NCBI GenBank assembly: GCA_020348985.1
Contig: CP070761.1
Location: forward strand, 830,324 to 894,323
Length of the DNA stretch: 64,000 nt
Origin: Candidatus Thorarchaeota archaeon
GTDB lineage: Archaea; Asgardarchaeota; Thorarchaeia; Thorarchaeales; Thorarchaeaceae
Reading direction: 5' to 3'
Shown here: positions 29,918 to 39,596 of the stretch, in pieces
Layout: each line of letters begins with the position of its first letter
Numbering within the stretch: the first letter of the stretch is position 1
The notes under the pieces: generated by a model
The model's input: the letters and a program-made list of their open reading frames with translations, nothing else
The model's database searches: none
What the model was told of the DNA's origin: nothing
Made by a program: the position numbers and the translations under genes

Positions 29918-30616
29918 ATGGCAATTGCTGTCACGAAATTCCCAGGAACCAACAATGCTGGAGACATGATTCGTGCTCTCGCTCTAGTGAGAGGTGCGGA
30001 TCCCTTTCTAGTGACAATCAAGGAAGGCAATAACACATTAGATAACGCAGATGGCGTTGTCGTTCTTGGTGGACTGATCGACGAGAAGCTCATAGGAATT
30101 GACAAATCAGAAAAAGTTGGTACACTAATAGACAGTATCATCATGTTTGCGGCAGAGGGCAGGCCAGTCCTGGGGACTTCAGGGGGCTTCCATATTCTTA
30201 TTGAATCAGGCCTCTTACCAGGGAGTCTCCTCCCAAATGAATCCGGGAGGTTCCTCTGTAGATGGGTGAATGTGAAAGTCAGTGATTCATGCACTTCTCT
30301 AACAGATGGGCTTGAAGGTCTTGTCCTCAGGCTTCCCATATCACATGCAAGAAGCCAATTTGAATGCACAGAAGGCACACTAAAGCAATTGAGAGCGACT
30401 GCGAGGATTGCTTTCAGATATTGCGACAAGAACGGCGAGATTACAACAACCTCCAATCCAAATGGATCAACTGATGGTATAGCCGGAATTGTCAACGACA
30501 AGGGAAATGTAATGGGCATGATTCCTAGCCCAGAAAGGGCATCAAGGCCAATCCTAGGCTCGGAAGATGGGCAAGCCATTCTTGAAAGCTTTGTGAGAGT
30601 GGCTGGGTCCGCCTGA
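29918..30616 (+). CDS. purQ: PurQ-like glutamine amidotransferase homologue with degenerate catalytic triad
   Basis: FPGTN, ESGLLPG, N.SGRFLCRWV, NPNGS...IAG, GNVMGM; has GTSGG for GICNG and SPER for HPER. Confidence 0.8.
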   Translation: MAIAVTKFPGTNNAGDMIRALALVRGADPFLVTIKEGNNTLDNADGVVVLGGLIDEKLIGIDKSEKVGTLIDSIIMFAAEGRPVLGTSGGFHILIESGLLPGSLLPNESGRFLCRWVNVKVSDSCTSLTDGLEGLVLRLPISHARSQFECTEGTLKQLRATARIAFRYCDKNGEITTTSNPNGSTDGIAGIVNDKGNVMGMIPSPERASRPILGSEDGQAILESFVRVAGSA

Positions 30617-30617
30617 G

Positions 30618-32753
30618 GTGTGTAAGATGCAGCTGAAGGACGAGCTCGAGCAAGCTACTAGCAGACTCGGCAGGGAACTAAGCGGTCTAGAGCTTGCTGT
30701 TCTTGAATCATTCTGGAGGGAGCACTTCAGCTTGAAGAGCAGCACGCAGTCACTACACCTTCTGAAGAATGCAATTCCTGATTTCAATCCGGACGTTTGC
30801 AGAGTGGAAGAAGGAGTAGGTGTTTCCGAAGTAGTCAGCCTAGCAATCGCAATTGACACTCTTAACCCAGCAGACAGGAAGATTAGTTGTGCCGATGAGT
30901 CAACAATAGTCGGCACCGTAACGAGGACATTGGCATCCAAAGGGTTTATTCCGTTCTTGCTTGCCAACAGCTTCAGACTCAAGATTCCTTCTGAGCCGAA
31001 ACATTTTGACTTGCTGACAGCACCAATATCTAGGACTGCCGGATATGGTAATACTCTTGGAATCCCGACACTATGCGGCGAATTGCAGTTTGACGACTCC
31101 TACTACGGATCTGGTGTTCTGAATGTGGCCTGTGTGGGAGTTCGTCAAAGTACAGATGTAAAAAGAATCACACCAGCCAAAGGAGACATAGTTGTACTAA
31201 TGTTGGCAGGGGCTTGGAGGAAGAGAAGCTCATCCAAGAGTGGTGTAGAAGAGAATTCAGTTCTTGACGCTTTGGCTACGAGATCCCTTCTTGACGGTCT
31301 CGAGCTGATGAATAGGCAAGGAATTGCGACAACATCAGAAAGTGTTGGTTGTGGTGGCTTGGCATCAGCAATAGGGACAATGACCGTTCGACACAAGATT
31401 GGGATCACGATTAGAGCTGAAGGTCTCTCAGGGATATTTGCCGGAAACTGGGAGCAGGCTTTCCACAGTCCATCCGAACCCGGAATTGTCCTCATCATTC
31501 GACAGGAAAGTCACGACACAGCCTTGGAAATTGCGGACTTGGCCGAAGTTGAACTCCATGTGGTTGGAGAAGTGACAGGTGACGAGTTCTACACCGTAGT
31601 CGAGGGGGATGAAGAGAAGGCACGTATTCCCTTCTCTGTTCTGACGGAATGCTGTCCCGCACTTGACAGAATTGAGGCCGAGCTGCCTGTTCAAAACATC
31701 TCCTTAGAGTGGGTCGAGGAACCGGATGACTTCCTTCCTATCATAAGAGCGATTATTGGGTCACCTAACATATGTAGCCGCTCAGTCATCTATAGTCAGT
31801 TCGATCAGCATGTTGGAGTCAGAACTGCCTTGGATATCGGCGAGAATGCTGGCGTATTTGAGGGACCTCACAACCAGATATTTGCAGTTGCGAGTGACTG
31901 TAATTCCTACTGGTGCCTCTTGGACCCACTTCATGGAGCTGCAAACTCGGCATGTGAATCCCTCCGTAACGTGGTGTCAGTTGGTGCAAAACCAATCCTC
32001 ATAGGTAGCGCCCTAAATTTCGGTAATCCGGAACGAATCGAGTCCTATGCACAATATGCAGAATCTGTTAGAGGAATCGGTCAGTTCTGTCACGACTTTG
32101 AAGTACCAATAGGAGACCTAGCTCTCTCGATGTTCAATGAAGAAGAGATTGGAGGTCGTCTAGAGAGGATAAACCCGACTCCTCAGATCTTTATGGTCGG
32201 CTCATTTGCTCATGGTGTGAGACCGGTTAGGCGAACACTATGTACTCCGCTAGCAAACATATTCCTCCTTGGAAACACTCACGGAGACCTCAACTGTACA
32301 GAATTCCAACGAGTGCAAATGGGGAAAGTGGAGGGCCTTCCGCCTCGATACCGTCCGGAAGACGAAAAGAATGCGATGAAGGCGATTCTTGAGGCACACT
32401 CTAGGAGATTGATTCGGGCGTGCAACAACGTGGGCCGCGGAGGCATTGCTGTGGCACTCTTGAAAATGGCTGTCAATAGCAGCTACGGCTTCAAAGTGGA
32501 ATTCTTGGATCTTCCCGGCACAGCGAGAAGCCTCACTCAGGTGCTTTTCTCGGAAACATCTGCTAGATATCTTGCCGAGGTAACTGAAAGTAACCAAGAT
32601 GAGTTTCTTGGAATAATGGAGAAGAATAAAGTACCCCACGATGAACTGGGCCTGACTGTTACTGAGCCTATTGCAAGATTCGGAAAGTTCAGCATTCCAG
32701 TCAGTGAGGTGACAGACATATTCGAGAATGGTCTGCGAGCATTCGGCTCATGA
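30618..32753 (+). CDS. purL: PurL-like (small FGAM synthase II) homologue, degenerate
   Basis: LGREL..LEL..L...WREHFSLKS, GELQFDDSY, YSQFDQHVG, LNFGNPE, INPTP, LFSET. Confidence 0.8.
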   Translation: MCKMQLKDELEQATSRLGRELSGLELAVLESFWREHFSLKSSTQSLHLLKNAIPDFNPDVCRVEEGVGVSEVVSLAIAIDTLNPADRKISCADESTIVGTVTRTLASKGFIPFLLANSFRLKIPSEPKHFDLLTAPISRTAGYGNTLGIPTLCGELQFDDSYYGSGVLNVACVGVRQSTDVKRITPAKGDIVVLMLAGAWRKRSSSKSGVEENSVLDALATRSLLDGLELMNRQGIATTSESVGCGGLASAIGTMTVRHKIGITIRAEGLSGIFAGNWEQAFHSPSEPGIVLIIRQESHDTALEIADLAEVELHVVGEVTGDEFYTVVEGDEEKARIPFSVLTECCPALDRIEAELPVQNISLEWVEEPDDFLPIIRAIIGSPNICSRSVIYSQFDQHVGVRTALDIGENAGVFEGPHNQIFAVASDCNSYWCLLDPLHGAANSACESLRNVVSVGAKPILIGSALNFGNPERIESYAQYAESVRGIGQFCHDFEVPIGDLALSMFNEEEIGGRLERINPTPQIFMVGSFAHGVRPVRRTLCTPLANIFLLGNTHGDLNCTEFQRVQMGKVEGLPPRYRPEDEKNAMKAILEAHSRRLIRACNNVGRGGIAVALLKMAVNSSYGFKVEFLDLPGTARSLTQVLFSETSARYLAEVTESNQDEFLGIMEKNKVPHDELGLTVTEPIARFGKFSIPVSEVTDIFENGLRAFGS

Positions 32754-32811
32754 GAAGAATGAGACTACCAAACACCAACTATAAGGGACCGTCATCGCAT
32801 TTAGCCGGAAG

Positions 32812-33966
32812 TTGATTGGATTGAAAGGCAAGCTTCTCTATCCATATTCTGACTCACTTTTGCATTATGAGTTTCGAACAGACCACCCACTCAAGCCAGA
32901 CAGACTAAGTCTTACGTACGAACTTTCGAGGCAGCTGGGATTGCTTGAGGACGTCCAAGTTATAGAGCCGATTCCTGCTACTAGAGAGGAGTTGGAGATG
33001 TTCCATTCTCCAGAATTCATTGATGCAGTAGAAGAAGCAGGAAGGACTTTGGAGCCTGCACCTTACTACGGCCTCGGAACAGCAGACAACCCCTTGTTTT
33101 CAGAAATCTATGACGCCGCGTCAAGATATGTCGGTGCGACTTTGGTGGGAGCAAAGGAAATGCTGAAGAATTCATCCAATGCTTTTTGCATCTCTGGAGG
33201 TCTGCATCATGCTCAACGCAGCAAGGCAAGTGGGTTCTGCGTGTTTAACGACATTGTCGCTGCCATCCTGCAATTCAGAGAGGCGAAGTCTTCGAGAGTC
33301 TTGTATGTTGACATTGATGCACACCATGGTGATGGGGTCCAGAATGCATTCTACAGGTCAAAGGATGTGATGACTATCTCATTACATCAAACTGGACGAA
33401 CTCTCTTTCCCGGCACTGGTGATATCTACGAAGCAGGTGAGGGAGAAGGATTTGGATACTCGGTCAATATCCCCCTACTTCCTGGTGCAGGAAGCCCTGA
33501 GCTTCTGAGAGTACTGGAAGAGGTTGTGCAGCCCCTATTTGCCGCGTATAGGCCGGATCTTCTTGTCACTCAGCTCGGCGTTGATGCTCACTTCTTGGAC
33601 CCACTGGCGAATCTGACGTTTACATCTCACGGATATGAAAGAGTTGTGAAATCCATGAAAGACCTAGCCAAGAAACACTGCAGTCACGGGTGGCTCGCTT
33701 TGGGAGGGGGAGGATATCATCCTGTCAACGTGGCACGCTTATGGTCATTGTTCTTGGCTGAGATTCTGGGAAAGAAAATCCCAAGGTCTCTGCCTGAGGA
33801 GTTTGTTAGGCTCTGTGAATCAAAAGGCTACTCGAATTTCCCTGAGAACATGAGAGATGAGGACGAAGTCATACAGGCATTCCTCCCAAGAGAGATGATT
33901 CAACTTGATCTTGATAGGGTCATTCGGAAGATCCAGGAGGACATCTTCCCATATCACGGAATGTAG
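32812..33966 (+). CDS. acuC: AcuC/class I HDAC-family deacetylase
   Basis: HPLKP.R, GGLHHA, SGFCVFND, DIDAHHGDG, FPGTG, GGGGY. Confidence 0.9.
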   Translation: MIGLKGKLLYPYSDSLLHYEFRTDHPLKPDRLSLTYELSRQLGLLEDVQVIEPIPATREELEMFHSPEFIDAVEEAGRTLEPAPYYGLGTADNPLFSEIYDAASRYVGATLVGAKEMLKNSSNAFCISGGLHHAQRSKASGFCVFNDIVAAILQFREAKSSRVLYVDIDAHHGDGVQNAFYRSKDVMTISLHQTGRTLFPGTGDIYEAGEGEGFGYSVNIPLLPGAGSPELLRVLEEVVQPLFAAYRPDLLVTQLGVDAHFLDPLANLTFTSHGYERVVKSMKDLAKKHCSHGWLALGGGGYHPVNVARLWSLFLAEILGKKIPRSLPEEFVRLCESKGYSNFPENMRDEDEVIQAFLPREMIQLDLDRVIRKIQEDIFPYHGM

Positions 33967-33973
33967 TTGAAGG

Positions 33974-34597
33974 TCACTGTGTTGTCGCAGAATCTAGCTG
34001 GAGATCTATCCACCTTCTTACTATCTTTGTGACAAGATCTGAAGCAGCGGCCATGATCACGGAATCAGCATCTTCTGAGAGAAGAGAGGAAGGATCTATC
34101 CCTGAACGAGCCATTCTAAGTAGGGGTGGATAACAGAGAAACCCCAATCCCTCAACAACAGTAGAGGAATCAGTCCCGGTAATGACTAGATCTGTGCCGA
34201 GCAGATCTAACGGTGATGCATCAGAATCGATACTAACCAGACTAAGCAGTGTCGATGCATCTGCGGTAATTAGAACGTCAGGTTCGACACATTCGTCAAA
34301 GAAAGTGCAAGTTGTCTTACTGAACTCAAGTGAGTAGAGCTCTCCGCTGTCACTGGCTTCAAAGCAGATTGTCAAGTGATAGAAGGACTGCCCTGCCCCC
34401 TCTAGATGAGTGTCAAACTCTTCCTCAGACATTTCATGAAGCCTACTAGCTTGCTCGACGTTCAGGTTGAGTGCGGCGCGTGCACCGTCAACAATAGGGC
34501 CTAGGTACTCAAGCAACATGAATTTGTCGCGAGTCACCTCAGACGAAATGAGCTTCAATGCCTCTCGCAGAGTGCGTCTTTGTTCATCTTCGGTCAA
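33974..34597 (-). CDS. Protein with SCP2-like lipid-binding fold
   Basis: EPDVLITADASTLLSL...SPLDLLGTDLVITG resembles SCP2 motifs; likely TTG start at 34597 after GAGGA. Confidence 0.55.
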   Translation of the reverse strand: MTEDEQRRTLREALKLISSEVTRDKFMLLEYLGPIVDGARAALNLNVEQASRLHEMSEEEFDTHLEGAGQSFYHLTICFEASDSGELYSLEFSKTTCTFFDECVEPDVLITADASTLLSLVSIDSDASPLDLLGTDLVITGTDSSTVVEGLGFLCYPPLLRMARSGIDPSSLLSEDADSVIMAAASDLVTKIVRRWIDLQLDSATTQ

Positions 34598-34691
34598 GAG
34601 TCCTCTAGCTCCTAGGTTTGGTCTCACATATAGCCATAGTGCTGACGACATCATCACACAATAAATGATAAGGACTGCAATATGCTTGAAA

Positions 34692-35450
34692 ATGGGGCCA
34701 CAATTGACAATCGACATACATACTCATCTCGGAGCGGTCAGATCATCATATCAAGACGTGAATGAAGAGGATGTCTCCGAGCATGCAGACAATCTAGTTC
34801 AACGCATGGATGGATTTGGTATAACCAAGGCAGTCCTGACACCTCTCGAACCATGGATTTCAACGGACAAATACATGCAAGCTGCTGCCATCTACCCAGA
34901 CCGACTTCTTAGTGCATGCTCGATAATTCCCAGACCCATAGAATTCGCGAGGAAGGAGATTCACAGGTATTCAGATGAGGGATGTCGAGCTCTGGTATTG
35001 GATGAAAGATCGTACCATCCAGCAGACCCAGCGACCATGGCCTTGGTTGAAGAGGCCGTAGATAATCAGTTGGCCCTCTTTCTCCACAATCATGAGATGA
35101 CTGTAGACACTATTACCTTCATAGATCGCATTTCACAGATCCATGAAGACGGCAAGTTCGTTGTCTTGCACATGGGGAGCCTCTTTGGTTTTCATAACCT
35201 AATTCCCCTTATGCAAAGAGAGAACATTTGGCTTGAAACATCAGTGACTCTCATAAAGCTTGTAGAGTCACCATTGCGCGTTTTCCTAGATGCGCTTGTA
35301 CAGGATGTTGGTGTTCGCCGCCTCGTCTTTGGGTCGGACCATTTCACAGATTATGCGGACCTAATGGCCGCTCTAAATATGATGAATCTGAACATAGAAA
35401 CAAGCAAAGTGATCCGGGAGTTGAATGCTAAGCAAATCTTGGGCCTCTAG
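34692..35450 (+). CDS. Amidohydrolase_2-type metal-dependent hydrolase
   Basis: IDIHTH, FLH, VLHMG, NIWLETS, LVFGSD. Confidence 0.85.
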   Translation: MGPQLTIDIHTHLGAVRSSYQDVNEEDVSEHADNLVQRMDGFGITKAVLTPLEPWISTDKYMQAAAIYPDRLLSACSIIPRPIEFARKEIHRYSDEGCRALVLDERSYHPADPATMALVEEAVDNQLALFLHNHEMTVDTITFIDRISQIHEDGKFVVLHMGSLFGFHNLIPLMQRENIWLETSVTLIKLVESPLRVFLDALVQDVGVRRLVFGSDHFTDYADLMAALNMMNLNIETSKVIRELNAKQILGL

Positions 35451-35462
35451 TCTTCTGACCAC

Positions 35463-35825
35463 TCAGGGAAGATTATATTCCGCAATCCGAGAGTTCAACA
35501 TGGACATGTGAACGAGCTCCTCGATATCGCCCTGATTAGGCAGACCAATTAGCCTAGACTGACCCACCAAGATTGTTGGCAATGCCAATATCTCTAGCTG
35601 TTCCACAAGTTCAGGTCGTTCATCTATGCGGGATTCTACAACCTCAACTGGACCCTCGTAACAAGATATGTCTGAAGCTACTTCTCGAGCTAGCTCTAAT
35701 GCCTTGCTACAGAATGCACAGGTTTTGCTCGTGAAGACAGTCACTGTCACCTTTGTGGATGGCGCCATTTGTCCGCTCTGCAAACTATACATGTCCGCAG
35801 AAGCTAGATTGTTTCGCTGAGTCAA
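35463..35825 (-). CDS. Small thioredoxin-fold protein (CAFC)
   Basis: FTSKTCAFC, ILALPTI (cis-Pro), IGLP. Confidence 0.8.
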   Translation of the reverse strand: MTQRNNLASADMYSLQSGQMAPSTKVTVTVFTSKTCAFCSKALELAREVASDISCYEGPVEVVESRIDERPELVEQLEILALPTILVGQSRLIGLPNQGDIEELVHMSMLNSRIAEYNLP

Positions 35826-35858
35826 GAGATCACCTCCTCCTTCTAAGGTAAACCTCCT

Positions 35859-36110
35859 TCATTCCGCAAAGACTGGAGGCTTGAGCCTTATGGCTTCTGT
35901 CACCGACTCTATTGCTCGTAGGGGAATAGCCTCCCATGAGAAGGGCTTACGACCAGCGTCCTGACGTTCAACAATGACGAGTGGACCTTGTGAGTCCTCG
36001 TACCAGACTTTCCTAACTCGTCCTATTGGGAATCCCCTAAAATCGCACACAACCTTGTTTTTCAAGAGATACTTCATCTTCTCGTCCTGCATGACTCCTC
36101 GCTCATGCAT
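35859..36110 (-). CDS. PRC-barrel-like protein
   Basis: LKNKVVCDFRGFPIGRV...AIPLRAIESVTEAIRL. Confidence 0.7.
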   Translation of the reverse strand: MHERGVMQDEKMKYLLKNKVVCDFRGFPIGRVRKVWYEDSQGPLVIVERQDAGRKPFSWEAIPLRAIESVTEAIRLKPPVFAE

Positions 36111-36187
36111 TGAGATGAGAACTCATTCATGAGGATGTGTACAATCCCCGCATTTTCGACGTAACACTTACTGTATGCCAGAATAGG

Positions 36188-36766
36188 CTATCTGGGTCTC
36201 ATTCGGTCATCGTATCCCCATTCTACGATCGTTTCTTCTTCACTTGTAATCAATGTCCCTGATACGCAATATCCTGCCGCCCCCATGATGAGGCCGAGGA
36301 TATTCATGGCTCCTCCCACAACGATGAATGTTCTCGAGTCACTCAATTGTGTGTAGGCGACATCAATCCAAGTAATACCATCCACCCGATCTAGGTTTAT
36401 TGTGTAGTTCCCATAGCCAAGTTCAATGATCGTCCTTTCTTCGTAGGTCATCGGTTGCACATCTTCAAGACGATCTGCAGAATTAAGAGTGATGTTGAAG
36501 ATACGTTCTTCCAACGTGTCATTGTCTACAATCCTAAGGTCAATATAGATAGTAGTATCATTGGAGGGTCTTGCGGCCATGACAATCTCAATCTGGTCAT
36601 AGAAGCCGGCTGACTCCCACATCTCAAACGCATATTCATCGCCGGTCGTGGCAATATAACCAAAGGCATGGTAGGGAGCGTTGAGAATGATGGCGCCTCC
36701 AATCAAAATTACGGCTGCGCCCCCAAAGTACAGAAATGCCTTCTTAGAGAACCAAGGACTGCCCAA
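36188..36766 (-). CDS. Membrane protein with two TMs flanking an extracellular beta domain
   Basis: N- and C-terminal hydrophobic helices; NxT sequons. Confidence 0.7.
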   Translation of the reverse strand: MGSPWFSKKAFLYFGGAAVILIGGAIILNAPYHAFGYIATTGDEYAFEMWESAGFYDQIEIVMAARPSNDTTIYIDLRIVDNDTLEERIFNITLNSADRLEDVQPMTYEERTIIELGYGNYTINLDRVDGITWIDVAYTQLSDSRTFIVVGGAMNILGLIMGAAGYCVSGTLITSEEETIVEWGYDDRMRPR

Positions 36767-36914
36767 CTCGATTCACCCTATGGTTCAAGAATCTGTTGTC
36801 TGTTTTATAGGTGTAACGAACAAGGCGGAAGCCCCTCATTTCTGACCTTAAATAGATCAGAATGAATAGAACGTTTGGTGGGATTGAGGAAACCGCTCCG
36901 CGGAGAGGGCTAGA

Positions 36915-38072
36915 ATGAATTCATCAGTGGGATTTGAGAATGGTCTTTGGAGACTAATCCCGAAGAATCACTTCGTTTCGATGTCTTTCTTCAGGGAGGA
37001 ACCACTAATCAACTGGGGCTACACGGAGTCGGTCCTGTTCACAGCCTATGATGTATGCCGCAGCTCGGATTTCTGGATTGACTCAGTGATTCGGTCAGGG
37101 AAGACACTCAAAGAAGCGATGACAGATCTTGGCTTTCCAAAGAAGACGTCTATGATGGCGGATACTGGTGTATTTGAAATGGAGGCGAAGAAGGCGGGAA
37201 TAGCCAGATCCCTCGGCATAGATGTGGATATCGCATTGACAAACGAGGAAATCTTTGAAGCCTACAGATTGTCAGGAGCTGACTACTTTGTCTCACCGGA
37301 CGAGATTATTCAGCCAACCGAATCATCTGAAGAAATGAATAAGAAGATCGAAGTCATCAAACACAACTTCACAGACTTGTTGGATGAATTTCCAGCTCGG
37401 AAGATTGTAGCAGTCATCCAGGGGACAAACAGAAGCACTATCACAATGATCTTTGACTTCTATCGGTCTCACGGCATTCGGCACTTTGCTATAGGGGGAC
37501 TCATACCTCTTTGGCGTCATGACAAAGAGCTCTTCAAGAAGACGTTGAACTATGTCAGGAAAATCACGAAGGGCAATTGGCTTCACGCTTTCGGGCTACC
37601 AATTCTGAGGCTCCTACCTTTCTATCTCCATAAAGTTGGGGTGGACAGTATTGACACGTCAATGCTACTCTATCTAAGTGCTAGGAGAAGGTACGTTGTC
37701 GGCTTCGAGATAGTACCTGTACGGCTCGTTGATTTCGCCTCCTGTGAATGCGTTGCTTGCAGTGTTCTATCACCGAAACTCCATCCACGTCGCTACGATT
37801 TCTTTATGAATCTCTATATCCAAAATATCGTAGAAGCCGCGAAGTACTCCGAGAATCCTGAACTCGCTAGGAAGAAGAAGGTAATAGCAAAGGAAAGTCA
37901 GATTACTGGCAGGAGAAGACAGACAGATCACAGAGTGGAATCCAAGACACCTCGGTGCCATCCACGGCTTGGAAGACTGCTGAAGAGGCGATTCAGGAGA
38001 ACACAGGACATCAACATGACGAATCAGGTGAGGGTGAGTACTCAAACAGATGCCAATTCTGAACCAATGTAG
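36915..38072 (+). CDS. Divergent tRNA-guanine transglycosylase (TGT)-family protein
   Basis: MADTGVF, SPD, VIQG, FAIGGL, LHAFG, VDSIDTS, CECVAC. Confidence 0.8.
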   Translation: MNSSVGFENGLWRLIPKNHFVSMSFFREEPLINWGYTESVLFTAYDVCRSSDFWIDSVIRSGKTLKEAMTDLGFPKKTSMMADTGVFEMEAKKAGIARSLGIDVDIALTNEEIFEAYRLSGADYFVSPDEIIQPTESSEEMNKKIEVIKHNFTDLLDEFPARKIVAVIQGTNRSTITMIFDFYRSHGIRHFAIGGLIPLWRHDKELFKKTLNYVRKITKGNWLHAFGLPILRLLPFYLHKVGVDSIDTSMLLYLSARRRYVVGFEIVPVRLVDFASCECVACSVLSPKLHPRRYDFFMNLYIQNIVEAAKYSENPELARKKKVIAKESQITGRRRQTDHRVESKTPRCHPRLGRLLKRRFRRTQDINMTNQVRVSTQTDANSEPM

Positions 38073-38102
38073 ACAAAACGTCGTTGACCATAAGGAATAA
38101 AT

Positions 38103-38552
38103 GTGGAGGACAATGGCATCTCGTCAGAACGACAGGAGCATCATCAAATGTACTTTGAAATCGGTGTGGCGTTTTGGTCTGTTGTAGTGTTCCTTTTCCT
38201 GGTATTCTGGATTGTACAAGAGGGATCCCGTTGGCAAAAGAATAGACTCCTCGGAGTGTTTGCGAGATTCATTCAACATTCTGCAGGAAGGGCGTTCGTC
38301 CTATTCTTCCTTCTAACAATACTGATTATTCCAGCGTCACTCTCAGTAATGTCTGGCTTATGGTATGATGCTTGGCTGGCCGGCGGAGGCAACGCAGGGT
38401 TTACTAACACAGTTCCTGTTGTCACGACCTTCCTTCTGATGTTCCTACTGCTTTCAGGAATGATTCCTGTAATGTGGTCATCCTTCAGAACCTGGCGCCA
38501 AGCCGTCAGAAGTGCCAGAGAAGTCAGAGTTCAGACAACTGCCGAAATGTAG
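38103..38552 (+). CDS. Hypothetical 3-TM membrane protein
   Basis: Three hydrophobic segments; true start may be MYFEI. Confidence 0.7.
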   Translation: MEDNGISSERQEHHQMYFEIGVAFWSVVVFLFLVFWIVQEGSRWQKNRLLGVFARFIQHSAGRAFVLFFLLTILIIPASLSVMSGLWYDAWLAGGGNAGFTNTVPVVTTFLLMFLLLSGMIPVMWSSFRTWRQAVRSAREVRVQTTAEM

Positions 38553-39532
38553 TCAAATCGATGAAGTTATGCGGGTGCAATCCGCATTTCAGTCCATACG
38601 TATTCCTAGGAATGATCCTCGTGAAATCTGTCGAACTAGCCGAAGGCGTTCACGTAGCCATAGGTCCTCATTTCCCTCAATGTAACACGGTTGTGCTAGT
38701 TTCCGAAACTGTCACAGTTATCGATCCTGGATGTCCTTTGGAGACCTTGAGATTCACATTACGAAAGCTTGGCAAGGAAATCAACGACATCGACTATGTT
38801 GTGCTCAGCCACATACATCCAGACCACATCACGCATGCATCAAGAATAGAAAGAACGTCAAGATGCAGAATCGTGGCGAACGATATTACTGCACCTCTCT
38901 TCGATGAGAAAGAGGAGATGAAATGCTTTCTAGGATTTCACAAGGGAGAATTGGTCAGACCTCTTTGGGAGAACTTGGTCAATGAACGGATGTATGGCGC
39001 CCTTGATGAAGGCAGAACGAATTTCGTTGTTAAGGATCAGGAAGAGATCAGTCTCGGAGATCACACTCTAAGGATGGTGTACACTCCAGGCCATTTGCCG
39101 GATCACATGTGCATTGAGCTGGTTGAGTCGAATCTCTTGTATTCGGCAGACATTGATTGCACAGAGTTCGGTCCTTTCTACGGCCACTGGAATTCGTCAA
39201 TCACTGAGTTCAAGCAATCAATAGAATTCATTCTCTCCAGCAACTACGAAGGGCTGATAAGTGGACACCTTGGGCAACCGCTGTTACGGGAATTCAAAGA
39301 CCCTCTGAAATCTTTCCTTCGTCAATTTGACGTTCGCGAGGACTTAGTTTTGCTCGAGATCTCCGGAGGGGCAAGAACCCTGGGTGAAATCATGGCTCAT
39401 CCACTAATCTACCCGTCTCTGTCAAACCCGGTATTCCTCTATTTTGAGAAGTGGATGATTGAACATCATGTTCAGGAGCTGCTCAAAAAGGGAAAGGTCT
39501 GGCTAAAGAAAAATCAAATCCTACCCACCTAG
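38474..39532 (+). CDS. Metallo-beta-lactamase-fold hydrolase (true start probably ~38612-38621)
   Basis: VIDPG, SHIHPDH, TPGH, SAD, ISGH. Confidence 0.88.
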   Translation: MVILQNLAPSRQKCQRSQSSDNCRNVVKSMKLCGCNPHFSPYVFLGMILVKSVELAEGVHVAIGPHFPQCNTVVLVSETVTVIDPGCPLETLRFTLRKLGKEINDIDYVVLSHIHPDHITHASRIERTSRCRIVANDITAPLFDEKEEMKCFLGFHKGELVRPLWENLVNERMYGALDEGRTNFVVKDQEEISLGDHTLRMVYTPGHLPDHMCIELVESNLLYSADIDCTEFGPFYGHWNSSITEFKQSIEFILSSNYEGLISGHLGQPLLREFKDPLKSFLRQFDVREDLVLLEISGGARTLGEIMAHPLIYPSLSNPVFLYFEKWMIEHHVQELLKKGKVWLKKNQILPT

Positions 39533-39596
39533 AAGTTCGAAATATCTTGTGCTATACTGAAAGATATATCTCCTTAACCATCGTTAATGCTATTGC

